Assembly: GCA_963514005.1 (NCBI GenBank)
Contig: OY740792.1
Coordinates: forward strand, 15,562,001 to 15,626,000
DNA length: 64,000 nt
Source of the DNA: Raja brachyura
Lineage: Eukaryota
Reading direction: 5' to 3'
How positions within the stretch are numbered: the first letter of the stretch is position 1; each line of letters starts with the position of its first letter. The notes below the pieces were generated by a model. That model made no database searches and was not told the origin of the DNA. It saw only the letters and a program-made list of their open reading frames with translations. A program made the position numbers and the translations under genes. Shown here one piece after another: positions 12,450-22,966 of this stretch.

Positions 12450-13566
12450 TCTGACTGACATCCACTATAAACCCACTGACTCCCATGGCTATCTAGACTA
12501 CACTTCTTCCCACCCTGCTTCCTGTAAGGACTCCATCCCCTACTCCCAATTCCTCTGTCTATGCCGCATCTGCTCCCAGGATGAGGTGTTCCACACCAGG
12601 GCATCGGAAATGTCCTCATTCTTCAGGAAATGGGGGTTCCCCTCCCCTACTATAGATGAGGCTCTCACCAGGGTCTCTTCAATACCCCGCAACACTGCTC
12701 TCTCCCCATCTCTCCCCCCCCCCCCCCCACACTTGGAACAAGGGCAGAGTCCCCCTAGTCTTCACGTTCCACCCCACTAGCCGTCACATACAACAAATAG
12801 TCCTGCATCGTTTTCGCCACCTCCAACATGACCCCACCACTCGCCACATCTTCCCATCTCTCCCCCCGTCTGCTTTCCGCAAAGGCCGCTCCCTCCGTAA
12901 CTCCCTGGTCAATTCATCCCGCACCACCCCCTCCCCGGGCACTTTCCCTTGCAACCGCAAGAGATACTCCATTTGTCGCTTTGCCTCCCCCCTTGACTCC
13001 ATTCAAGGACCCAAGCAGTCGTTCCAGGTGCGACAGAGGTTCACCTGCAACTCCTCCAACCTCATCTATTGCATCCGCCGCTCTAGATGTCAGCTGATCT
13101 ACATCGGTGAGACAAAGCGTAGGCTTGGCGATTGTTTCGCCAAACACCTCCGCTCGGTCCGCATTAACCAACCTGATCTCCCTGTGGCTCAGCACTTCAA
13201 CTCCCCCTCCCATTCCGAATCCGACCTTTCTGTCCTGGGCCTCCTCCATGGCCAGATTGAGCACCACCGGAAATTGGAGGAGCAGCACCTCATATTCCGC
13301 TTGGGCAGTCTGCACCCCAGCGGCTTGAACATTGACTTCTCCAATTTCCGGTAGCCCTTGCTGTCTCCTCTCCTCCCCTTCTCAGCTCTCCGTCAGCCCT
13401 GTGACTCCTCCTCTTCCTTTCTTCTTTCCGCCCCCCCCCCCCCCCACCACCTTACATCAGTCTGAAGAAGGGTTTCGGCTGCATAGATGCTGCCTCACCT
13501 GCTGAGTTTCTCCAGCACTTTTGTCTACCTTTTGATTTTCCAGCATCTGCAGTTCCTTCTTGAACA
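12450..13566 (+). mobile_element. Penelope-like element, 5'-truncated (RT thumb/linker, GIY-YIG endonuclease, terminal repeat)
   Basis: TDIHYKPTDSHGYLDYTSSHP and NLIYCIRRSRCQLIYIGETKRRLGDCFAKHLRSV...RKLEEQHLIFRLGSLHPSGLN; one frameshift in a poly-C tract. Confidence 0.93.
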
Positions 13567-13980
13567 CTTCTGGCACTAATGCTCCTTTCCACAAATAATC
13601 CCAGGCCTGAATGTTATTTGTGTCTTACTGCGTGTGGCACGGGCTACTCTTTGCTGGGGAAATGTGAACATGGTGCAATCATAAACCTATATATCCCAGG
13701 TTATAAGAGGGACAGAGCATCAACAGTTGGCCTTTATAAAACATCCTTGTATAACGTTGCCATATGCATTTCACGGAACTCGTTGGAGCTTTGTAGTTAT
13801 AATTAACAGAACCACATACAGTGTCCCAGCTGTGAAATGTTCCCTGGACTGAAAGGACAATCGGGTATCACGGAGAAACATACCCAACTGTAAGCCGGTG
13901 GAGGAAGACACTACATCTATTGTTTTCATTTTGTTATTATTCACATGCTGAACATTCAAATTCCGTTTCATTTAAAACAG

Positions 13981-14118
13981 GATCACTCTTCAGGTGAGCT
14001 GTCTAATTATGGTCTACACCCAGAAACACTGACTCAACTAATGCACCAGCCAACTATTGGAAAATCCTCCATAAAGCATATAGAAATGGACAACTACAAA
14101 TATACATGGAAGTTGTGA
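13981..14118 (+). CDS. DONSON: DONSON exon 10, coding part to stop TGA
   Basis: aaacag|GAT. DHSSGELSNYGLHPETLTQLMHQPTIGKSSIKHIEMDNYKYTWKL*, a typical DONSON C-terminus. Confidence 0.93.
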   Translation, partial: DHSSGELSNYGLHPETLTQLMHQPTIGKSSIKHIEMDNYKYTWKL

Positions 14119-14464
14119 ATGCTGAAATTCAGTAGAAGTTATGATTTACTTTTAAAAAGTTTAAATATTCACATTTTGTAGATGTTGAATGACATGCAAC
14201 TGAATTCTAGAAAAAACTATAGTTTTTTTAACAATGAACATTAACTAAAGTAATTAGAGGCCAAATAACATTAGACATTAAGTGACTAAATACCCATGCT
14301 TTTAAGTTAATATTCTACATTAGTATTACCAATATTATTTGAAATTGGGTTTATATTAAATGCATATGAGAAATGCATTTCATATTTTAATCATGTGAAG
14401 CTGAGTCGGTAGGAGCTGCTTGAAAAATCCATTTAATCATTTTGTCTAAAGGAATTATTTTGTC

Positions 14465-15003
14465 CACTGACCCGCTAAATGATCTTTGCTCTTGAAAGAC
14501 ACGGAAGTGAATGCCATGCAGTGTCACCCAGCGCAGCAAGAGAGGCCATGTCCTGCTCCCGGCGGCAGTCGGAATTTAAGGGTTTGCAGGAAGCAGCTGA
14601 CCCGAGCTACTTCCCTCCCCGGCCACAATGCGGTGGCTCTGCACCCTGAGCGCCGCGGCAGTGGTGAGTGAGTTGCTGGCATGATCCCTGACCCCCTTCT
14701 TCTCAACGCTCCAGCCCGTGCTGACCCGGGCCAGACTCCCCATATGCTGTGAAAGGAACTCTTCTCCCCCACCCCCAGCGGCGCTGTACTTTTACAGCCG
14801 CTTCCCATCAGCTGCCAGCAATGAGGGATAGACTTGGCTATCCCTCAGTACAACAACAACATTCTTGATGTTGCTGTACTGAGGGATAGCCAAGTCTATC
14901 TTTCTTGGCTAACAACCTAACCTTTGGCCTCCAAGATGCAGGTAAATTTCCACACCTTATTTTTGGGTAAAAAATAGCGTAATCGTTGCCGGGAAATGCG
15001 GCA
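14465..15003. mobile_element. GC-rich insertion, probable degraded non-autonomous DNA transposon
   Basis: Abrupt GC-rich block in an AT-rich zone. The right end (gggtaaaaaatagcg...gccgggaaatgcgg) resembles a Tc2/mariner-type terminus. Boundaries uncertain. Confidence 0.35.
14823..14904. repeat. Hairpin: 26-bp perfect inverted repeat, extendable to about 35 bp
   Basis: gatagacttggctatccctcagtaca (14827-14852) is the exact reverse complement of 14875-14900. Confidence 0.97.
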
Positions 15004-16410
15004 GTTCTGTACCCACATCTACCTGCCTACTGTGCATTCTGCCATCTATTTGCATGGGGTCCTTCAGAGGGTTATGCTAGTCAAAACATGTAACCTTTTA
15101 CTATTAATATGTAGAAATCAGCTTTATCAAATAATGAAACTGATGCGATACAATTTCTAGATCAACTCCATAGTTTACTGGAATATTCGTGCTCTCCAAT
15201 TCACTATCAATGACAATGAGGTGGGTGGTTTAAGGTTTATACATCAAGATCTACTATATGGGAATTGTAGTTGCGTTATGTTAATTGACCTGGCACAGCA
15301 ATGTCTGAAAATGTAAATAAACTCTCGAGCAACAGTTAAGGTGGTTTTAGGTTTGTGTTACACTAATTAGAAATGTATTTTATCTAAATTTTAGCTGTGA
15401 TAAATACGACGTCCCAGACCTATGAGAATTAACTAGATACGACCTATTAACTGATAAAGCATAAGACATGGGCACATTTTAGTTTGTAGTTGTCTGCTTT
15501 TTGGTTTAACCATCAAACCTTTTGCAGAAGAAAAATGTAAAGCCATTGTAAATCTCAATGTAGTAAAAGATGTATTTTATCAGATTTTATTTTGCCAGAC
15601 TACATTCAACATTGGACAGGTATTTTGTTCAGAAGCTCTAAGATTTATAGGCAAAGTAATACTTTCAGAATTGATAATGTTATTGCACTTTCAGTATGCA
15701 CTGCCATTTTAATGTCTGATATGACTATTTATTAAGTATTAAATATACCAGTTGAGCCTTGTTCGAGTCTTTTCTTCAACTTGCACGTTTCGGCACTTTC
15801 TCACCTTGTTTCTACTTATCATCCAAATGTACAAACTAGTTATTTCCATTTCAACCGAACACATGTTTTGAATTTTATTTTTCTCATTGTTTTCACTGGC
15901 AAAGTGCTAAATGTGCATTGTTGTGAGCTGAGGTGGGTGGTTTAAGGTTTGGTTATGGCTGTAGCTGAGAGATAACAATGAGTTGACAGTATCATTAAGA
16001 ATCTGAGATTTAAAAATGTCACCCTTAAATGTCTACCCACATCCTGTATGTTACTGAATGTTTACCATTCACAGGGAAAGATGAAATACCAACCTAGCTT
16101 CCAACAATTTGGTTTCTTTTTTTTTCCATTTATATTCATTGAATGGAGGTCATGTGCAATAAATCCTGTCACTTTTTCACTGCCACTGCATAGACGCGTG
16201 CAATATTTCGCATAACCGAGCCCCGGCTGCTGATACAGCAAATACCAGCCCTTCTAGTCATGTGTGAGAAAACATTTTCTATTATGTGTACACCTTGATA
16301 TCTGAGAGTTTATAAACCCAGATTCTGTCTTGGATTTTGGTGCCTGTGACTAGACAATGAACTATGGTAATACCACTCTTTAGGGGAGTGAACAAAACCA
16401 GAGAGTAAGT

Positions 16411-16621
16411 GTAGGAAAGAACTGCAGATGCTGGTTTATATCGAAGGAAGACACAATGCTGGAGTAACTCAGCAAGACAGGCAGCATCTGTGGAGAAAAG
16501 GAATGGGTGAGATTTTGGGTCGAGACCCTTTGGACAGAATCGGTCTGAAGCAGGGACTCGACCCGAAGCGTCACCCATTACTTCGCACCCGAGATGCTGC
16601 CTGTCCCAGCATTTTGTGTCT
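16411..16621. mobile_element. Fold-back mini-element made of two head-to-head Penelope terminal-repeat halves, 14-bp TSD
   Basis: TSD accaga(g/a)agtaagt at 16397-16410 and 16622-16635. Degenerate hammerhead cores on both strands. Confidence 0.85.
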
Positions 16622-16762
16622 ACCAGAAAGTAAGTATTGGATGTCGTTCATAAAACTTCAATATTTCAGTAGTCATTTTCAAAATAATTTGCAAGGAAAT
16701 GCTAATATAATACATATTTATTTACAGAATCACTGAACAATTTTACAGTAGTGGGAGGTCAT

Positions 16763-16927
16763 TTATGTGCTGGCATCTGAGGCATTCTTAAAATTTGTGG
16801 TTGAAATAACACTCTCCTTTGGAACAAGTCCTAGGGCCTGCAGAGCAGTAGTTGCTGCTGAGGCCTTAGCATGTTTCTTGTTGGGACTGGCGAGGTTGGG
16901 CTTGTACTCTGTACCATTGATCAGCAC
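16763..16927 (-). CDS. SON: SON last coding exon (12), C-terminal half of the dsRNA-binding motif, stop TAA
   Basis: gacag|GTG. VLINGTEYKPNLASPNKKHAKASAATTALQALGLVPKESVISTTNFKNASDAST*; contains the KKxAK helix of a dsRBM. Confidence 0.92.
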   Translation of the reverse strand: MLINGTEYKPNLASPNKKHAKASAATTALQALGLVPKESVISTTNFKNASDAST

Positions 16928-17839
16928 CTGTCATAGAAATGTACATCTAAGTGAGATGGTCGAAACTTTTAACAATTTAATGCAATATTTGAGCAATAAT
17001 CACTATACAAAATTACTAAACCTATCAATGAGTAACACTTACACATTTGTTTGCAACGATGATGTTGTTGACCCTTGTTAAAAAATTAAATACCATTATG
17101 AACTTGAATGAAGCAAGGTAGTATTCATTCTACAAGTCACTATCATTGTAGAGAGCTGATCTATAATTAAAGAAGACATCAACATGTTTTTGTCTATAAA
17201 ATTGTTGATGGAATTATCTATTTTTTCCAGGAGGCTAGTTTTGAATTCCATTTTCACTGTTCCTGGATTTTTTTAAAATAAATTTATGGAAAGTCAATCC
17301 TGACAATTGTGTCAAGTTTGATGTTGCTTCATTCTTGCTAACTACCCAGTACAGTCAATAGCTATTTGGGGTAAAATGCCAAATGTTAATTCTATTATGT
17401 GCATATCATGAAATGAAGGAGCTCATTATTTTTCATTTACAAAGTCACATTTTAATTTGCTGGAATTTATTTCTACATTAAATTAAAGGAAAACACAATT
17501 TACGGAGAAAATTACAGATGTACATCAAGGCACAATTGCTTTTGCCACTTACATATTTAAGTCACCACATTTAATTTTGTTTGATCATTCCTGAACATGG
17601 CTGTGGCTGAACTTAACCATGCTCCTATAGTATACAAGGATTAAAACCATTTAAAGGCATCCTAATTCCAAAATTCTCCCATTAGGTAATTGGTTTAATT
17701 GCTGGCAATCTATTGGTCTATAGGCATATATTTGTTTCTCGCACTGATTTGATTGTATAAACAAGAAATATTAACAGACTTGTGAAAATATTGCTAACCA
17801 TGACCTTGAGTTAAATAACGACTGCATTAATATACTCAC

Positions 17840-17955
17840 CTTAAATAGAAAATGTTTACAATGATCTGGGCCACTGTCACGAATCATCAAAAAATCAGGC
17901 GGGGCCCATTTTCTCTTGTTACAAATTTCCATCAAAGCAGAAACTGGGTGTTTTC
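17840..17955 (-). CDS. SON: SON exon 11 (116 nt), N-terminal half of dsRBM
   Basis: attag|GA...AAG|gtgagt. GKHPVSALMEICNKRKWAPPDFLMIRDSGPDHCKHFLFK. Confidence 0.96.
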
Positions 17956-18214
17956 CTAATGATTATGCAAACAGAAAAGAATAGCATTGAATCATCAAAT
18001 TGTAATGATTTGTAATTAAAGTATTACCTTTAGATTCAAAAGATTGTTTATAACCATGCTACGTATGTGGTGGGGGTAAAATTCAGAATGTCAATACTCG
18101 CAATATGTGATTTTTAGAAAATACATTGACTACTAAGGAAATTGTATTATAGTATCCCTGTTTGAGTAACTACAAAAATTCAGCAGGAAAATATAAAGAT
18201 GGGTGTATTTATAC

Positions 18215-18283
18215 CTGATAAGTCCTTCAGTGCGGGAAAATTTCCAATTTTTTTCTGTGCTTTCTCTCCTTCTGCTACCAGAC
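18215..18283 (-). CDS. SON: SON exon 10 (69 nt)
   Basis: tttag|GT...G|gtat. GLVAEGEKAQKKIGNFPALKDLS, phase 1-1. Confidence 0.92.
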
Positions 18284-18789
18284 CTAAATGGCAATAATGT
18301 TCGCTGTAAATTTGTGAAAGGAATAAACAGCTTACTTTAATATAAACCATTACCTTTTTTCTCTGAACTTGCCCAAGTATTTGTGATGTTAAAATGGAGA
18401 CACAAGGAATTGCAGATGTTACAATATTAAGATGCGTTCTAATAAAACTTCATCTAGATGATGGGATGTGGTCACGCTAATGATCATATGTAGCCCTAAG
18501 AAAACGAGGAGATCTATCTCTGAGTAATAGCATTTAAGAAAGGTTGAAGCATACAGGAAGCCATTTGATTTATCAAGTCAGTGCCAACACTGCAAGAGTA
18601 AACCAGCCAGTCACAGTCTACCATCCTGAGTTTAGAATGTTCTTCTCACCCAAGTCTCTTGCCCTGCAATCCAAAACCAAGATTTCTCATTCTAAACCGC
18701 ATAGACACACCCAGTCTGCCTCGCAAATTTTAATTAGATTTCCCCCTCGTTCTAGGCACTGATGAATACAAACTTAGTTAAATTAATCT

Positions 18790-19385
18790 CACATTGGTGA
18801 GGTCAGGCATCCATTTTGTTGAACACTTGCATTTATGGTCCACCAAGACCTGCTGGATCCTCTGGTTATTAACCACTTTCACTCCCATTCCCATACTGAC
18901 CTTTCTGTCCTGTGCCTCCTCCATTGCCTGAATGAGACCACATGCAATCTGGAGGAACAGCACCTCATATTCTACTTGGGGAGTTTACAACCCAACAGCA
19001 TGCACATTGAATTCTCCAATTTCAGGTAACTAACCTACAAACAATGGATCCCCCCTCCTCCTCCCCCCCCCCCCCCCCCCCCCCCGGTTTCTTCCCTCTG
19101 CCCCACTTGGATTTGTATCAATTTCTCCCTGGTCACCTTCTGCCTACATTTACAACTCTTCTATCCTATTTCACTTTTTTGTCTTTTCATCTCTGGACCT
19201 TCTCCAACCATCCTCCGATCAACCCTCCTTGCCTATATCCACCTATTACTTGCCAGGCTTTGTCCTACCTCCACCTCTCTTTCAGCTTTATCTCCATACA
19301 CCTGAATCAGCCTGAGGAAGGGTCTTGACCTGAAATGTCACCCATCCATGTACTCTAGAGTTACTCCAGCACTTTGTGTCTTTTT
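18790..19385 (+). mobile_element. Older Penelope-like element 3' fragment with terminal repeat
   Basis: HSHSHTDLSVL...LEEQHLIFYLGSLQPNSMHIEFSNFR, then CTGAGGA-A-GGGTCTTGACCT-GAAATGTC at 19312-19339. Confidence 0.85.
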
Positions 19386-19419
19386 TCTCAACCCGGGTGA
19401 ATCTTTGTTGCACTCCTTT

Positions 19420-20354
19420 GCAAGTCTATCCTTTCCAAGTAAAGAATTCAAAACTGCACATAATTCTCCAAGCATAGCCTCATCGAGGCCCTGTCCAATT
19501 GTAGCAGGACATTTTGATGCTGTACTCTAACCCTCTTGCTAAGAATTGCCTTCTTAATTGTTTTCTGTACCTTTGTATTTGTTTTCAGTAACTGATGTGT
19601 TGATTTACAAATGGATATAGTTGCACATCTAAATCTACCATTCTTTAATTAAAATACAGCTTTTCTGTTTTTTCTACTGAAGTGGAAAACCATATTATAC
19701 TGCAGCTGCCATGCTTTTCCCAACTCATTTAATCTAAATCACCTCGAAACCTCTTTCCATCCACCTCACAATTCATAATCCCACCCAGTTTTGTGTCATC
19801 TGCTGTCTTTAGACAATAGGTGCAGGTGTAGGCCCTTCGAGCCAGCACCGTCATTCACTGTGATCATGGCTGATCATCAATCAATACCCCTTTCCTGCCT
19901 TCTCCCCATATCCCTTGACTCTATTATCTTTAAGAGCTCTATCTAACTCTCTTGAAAGCATCCTGAGAATCGACCTCCAGAGGCAGAGAATTTCACAGAT
20001 TCACAACTCTGGGTGAAAAAGGTTTTCCTCAACTCTGTTCTAAATGGCCTACCCCCAGCATCGGAAACATGTTTCCTGCCTCTAACGTGTCCAATTCCTT
20101 AATCTTATATGTTTCAATAAGAACTCCTCTCATCCTTCTATAAATTCCAATGTATACAAGCCCAGTCGCTCCATTCTTTCAACATATGCCAGTCCAGCCA
20201 TCCCGGTAATTAAACTACGCTGAACTCACTCAATAGCAAGAATGTCCTTCCTCAAATTGGGAGACCAAAACTGCACACAACTCTAGTCTCACTAGGGCCC
20301 TGTACACCTGCAGAAGGACCTCTTTGCTCCTATACTCAACTCGGCCAACATGCC
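19420..20354 (-). mobile_element. Two CR1 LINE fragments (older about 19420-19805, younger about 19810-20354)
   Basis: Reverse-complement similarity to CR1 ORF2 C-terminal and tail sequence at 32930-33862 and 38831-39445. Confidence 0.8.
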
Positions 20355-20433
20355 ATTTGAAATATACCGAAGGTAGACAAAATTGCTGGAGAAACTCAGC
20401 GGGTGCGGCATCATCTATGGAGCGAAGGAAATA

Positions 20434-20468
20434 GGCAACGTTTCGGGCTAAAACCCTTCTTCAGACTG
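20434..20468 (-). ncRNA. Minimal type I hammerhead ribozyme motif (intact core), sense to SON pre-mRNA
   Basis: Minus strand reads cagt CTGAAGA A GGGT-TTTA-GCCC GAAA CGTT gcc. Activity not shown. Confidence 0.7.
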
Positions 20469-21543
20469 ATGCAGGGTGGGGAGGTGTGAAGAAGAAAGGA
20501 AGAGGAGGAGCCAGAGGGCTGAGGGAGAGCTGAGAAGGGGAGGAGACAGCAAGGGCTACCGGAAATTGGAAAGTCAATGTTCAGGCCACTGGGGTGCAGA
20601 CTGCCCAAGTGGAATATGAGGAGCTGCTCCTCCAATTTCCGGTGGTGCTCACTCTGGCCATGGACGAGGCCCAGGACAGAAAGGTCGGATTCGAAATGGG
20701 AGGGAGAGTTGAAGTGCTGAGCCACAGGGAGATCAGGTTGGTTAATGTGGACCGAGCGGATCAGCTGACATCTAGAGCAGCGGATGCAATAGATGAGGGT
20801 GGAGGAGGTGCAGGTGAACCTCTCTCGAACATGGAATGACTGCTTGGGTCCTTGAATGGAGTTAAGGGGGGAGATAATGCGACATGTGTAGCATCTCTTG
20901 CGGTTGCAAGGGAAAGTGCCTGGGGTGGTGCGAGTGGGAAGGGAAGAATTGAACAGGGTGTTACGGAGGGAGCGGTCTTTGCGGAAAGCAGAGGCAGGGG
21001 GGGAAGATGTGGCGAGTGTGGGGACACGTTAGAGGTGGCGAAAATGACGGAGAACTATTTGTTGTATGTGACGGCTAGTGGGGTGGAAGGTGAGGAATAG
21101 GGGGGCTTTGCCCTTCTGAGGGAGGGGATGGGGGGAGAGAGAGAGAGCAGTGTTGCGGGGTATTGCAGAGACCCTGGTAACCTCATCTATTGTAGGGGAG
21201 GGGAACCCTCGTTCCCTGAAGAATGAGGACATTTCCAATGCACTGGTGTGGATCATCCTGGGAACAGATGCGGCGTAGACGGAGGAATTGGGAGTAGGGG
21301 ATAGAGTCCTTACAGTTAACACGGTGGAAAGAAGTAGTCTAGATAGCCATGGGAGTCAGTGGGTTTATAGTGGATGTCGGTCAAAAGTCTATCACATGCG
21401 ATGGAGATAGTGAGATCAAGAAATGGTAGGGAAGTGTTGTAAATGGTCCAGGTTGGAGTGCCGGATGGAAGTTAGGGAAGTCTCCTCCCCATCTCAGCTC
21501 TCCCTCAGCCCTCTGGCTCCTCCTCTTCCTTTCTTCTTCCCAT

Positions 21544-21578
21544 CAGTCTGAAGAAGGGTTTCGGCCCGAAACGTTGCC
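21544..21578 (+). ncRNA. Minimal type I hammerhead ribozyme motif (intact core)
   Basis: cagt CTGAAGA A GGGT-TTCG-GCCC GAAA CGTT gcc; stem II has a UUCG loop; predicted cut after 21575. Confidence 0.75.
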
Positions 21579-21917
21579 TATTTTCTTCGCTCCATAGATG
21601 CTGCCGCACCCGCTGAGTTTCTCCAGCATTTTTGTCTACCATCGATTTTCCAGCATCTGCAGTTCCTTCTTGAAAATTTGAAATATACCACTTGGTTCCC
21701 CCATTCAAAGCACAGATATATGTTATGAATTGCTGTTTGAATAAAGACATGAATTTCACATCTCATTTTTATATTGCCAATATATCTCTAAGTAACTGGG
21801 ATAATAACCTAAGAGATTCAGATTTGCATTCACTCCATTGAGCAGGAATTATTGGAAATTAAACTGTCACGTACTAGATAAAAAGAGTTATAGAGTTAAC
21901 TCTTGCAAATAAGAGTT

Positions 21918-22021
21918 TAAGAAGGAACTGAAGAAGGGTTTTGGCCCGAAACGTTGCCCATTTCCTTCAGTTCATAGATCCTGCTGCACCCGCTTTCTCC
22001 AGCATTTTTGACTACCTTCTA
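21918..22021 (+). mobile_element. 104-bp solo Penelope terminal-repeat insertion with intact hammerhead core (21928-21955) and 13-bp TSD
   Basis: TSD gcaaataagagtt at 21905-21917 and 22022-22034. Core CTGAAGA A GGGT-TTTG-GCCC GAAA CGTT gcc. Confidence 0.88.
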
Positions 22022-22818
22022 GCAAATAAGAGTTACCTTGAGTACACCAGACTATAAGGTTTTTTAAATGTTTTGTCTTCTACAGATTAGTGCACTTTAC
22101 TGAGCAGGAATTAATGGAAATATGATATGAAGAGGACATTGTGATTCTGAAGCACGATATAAACAGATTGATTGATTGGGTGAAAACCTGGCAAGTGTCA
22201 GCTTAACATGGAGAAGTGACAGGTCCTGCACATGGGTAAGAGAAATCAAATGGCAGATTATTTAAATGGAAAGACAAGCAAATGAGTGAAATTCAGTGCA
22301 TGAATTACAAAAGGTTGTCAGGCAGGTTCAACGAGCAGTTGGAGTTTAAGAATATGTCATTTTGTGTGAGGCCACACCTAGAATACTATGCAGTTTTGGG
22401 TCTTAAAAAAATATTTTTGTGTGTTAAGCCCTTGTGAGGCATTCACAAACATTACCCTTTGTTTGCTGATCCATTCCCTCCCCCCATCAACATGCACAAT
22501 CTGAACACCACTCCCCACCAACAACAATCTTACCCAAAACCACCACACACAACTAGTTACAATTTCAGTATTCCCATTGCAATGCTCTCTCTGTATCAGG
22601 CGCACACATTGGAGAACAAATTATAAACTGACCACACATTTCTACCTATTTTTTGTGATAGATGAAAAATTGTGGACACCCGATTTATTTATCAACGTTT
22701 TGGCTTCAATCTTCATGATTAGAATAGAAAGCTAACATTAACGTTCTCAGAGAGATTATCACTTTTTTGATTCTGCTATATTAATGAGCAAAAGCCAAAA
22801 GGTAATGAGCAGCTTCAC

Positions 22819-22966
22819 CTTTACGGTCAGTCTTGAAGTCAACAACTATAGGCTCTACCGTTCCATTTTTGTTTTTCCCCAGTCCTTCTCCTTCTCTCCA
22901 TCCCATTTTTTGCATCAATTGTGCTCCCATTCCTCCAGTTAAAGGGGCAGCTTTCAGGAACTGATC
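22819..22966 (-). CDS. SON: SON exon 9 (148 nt), G-patch domain
   Basis: acag|GAT...G|gtgaag. DQFLKAAPLTGGMGAQLMQKMGWREGEGLGKNKNGTVEPIVVDFKTDRK. Confidence 0.97.

Larger units (their letters stand above)
20369..21675 (-). mobile_element. Penelope-like element with inverted 5' terminal repeat and 14-bp TSD
   Basis: Minus-strand RT-thumb/GIY-YIG remnants (20560-21475). Terminal repeat at 20369-20560 and inverted copy at 21481-21675. TSD atttgaaatatacc at 20355-20368 and 21676-21689. Confidence 0.93.

Noticed and set aside
12656-13354. 232-aa ORF as a standalone or domesticated nuclease gene
   Set aside because: It is a 5'-truncated Penelope GIY-YIG region with several homologous decayed copies in the window and mutated cysteines.
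15217-15238. let-7 family miRNA gene
   Set aside because: The seed differs at position 7 and no adjacent star arm forms a pre-miRNA hairpin.
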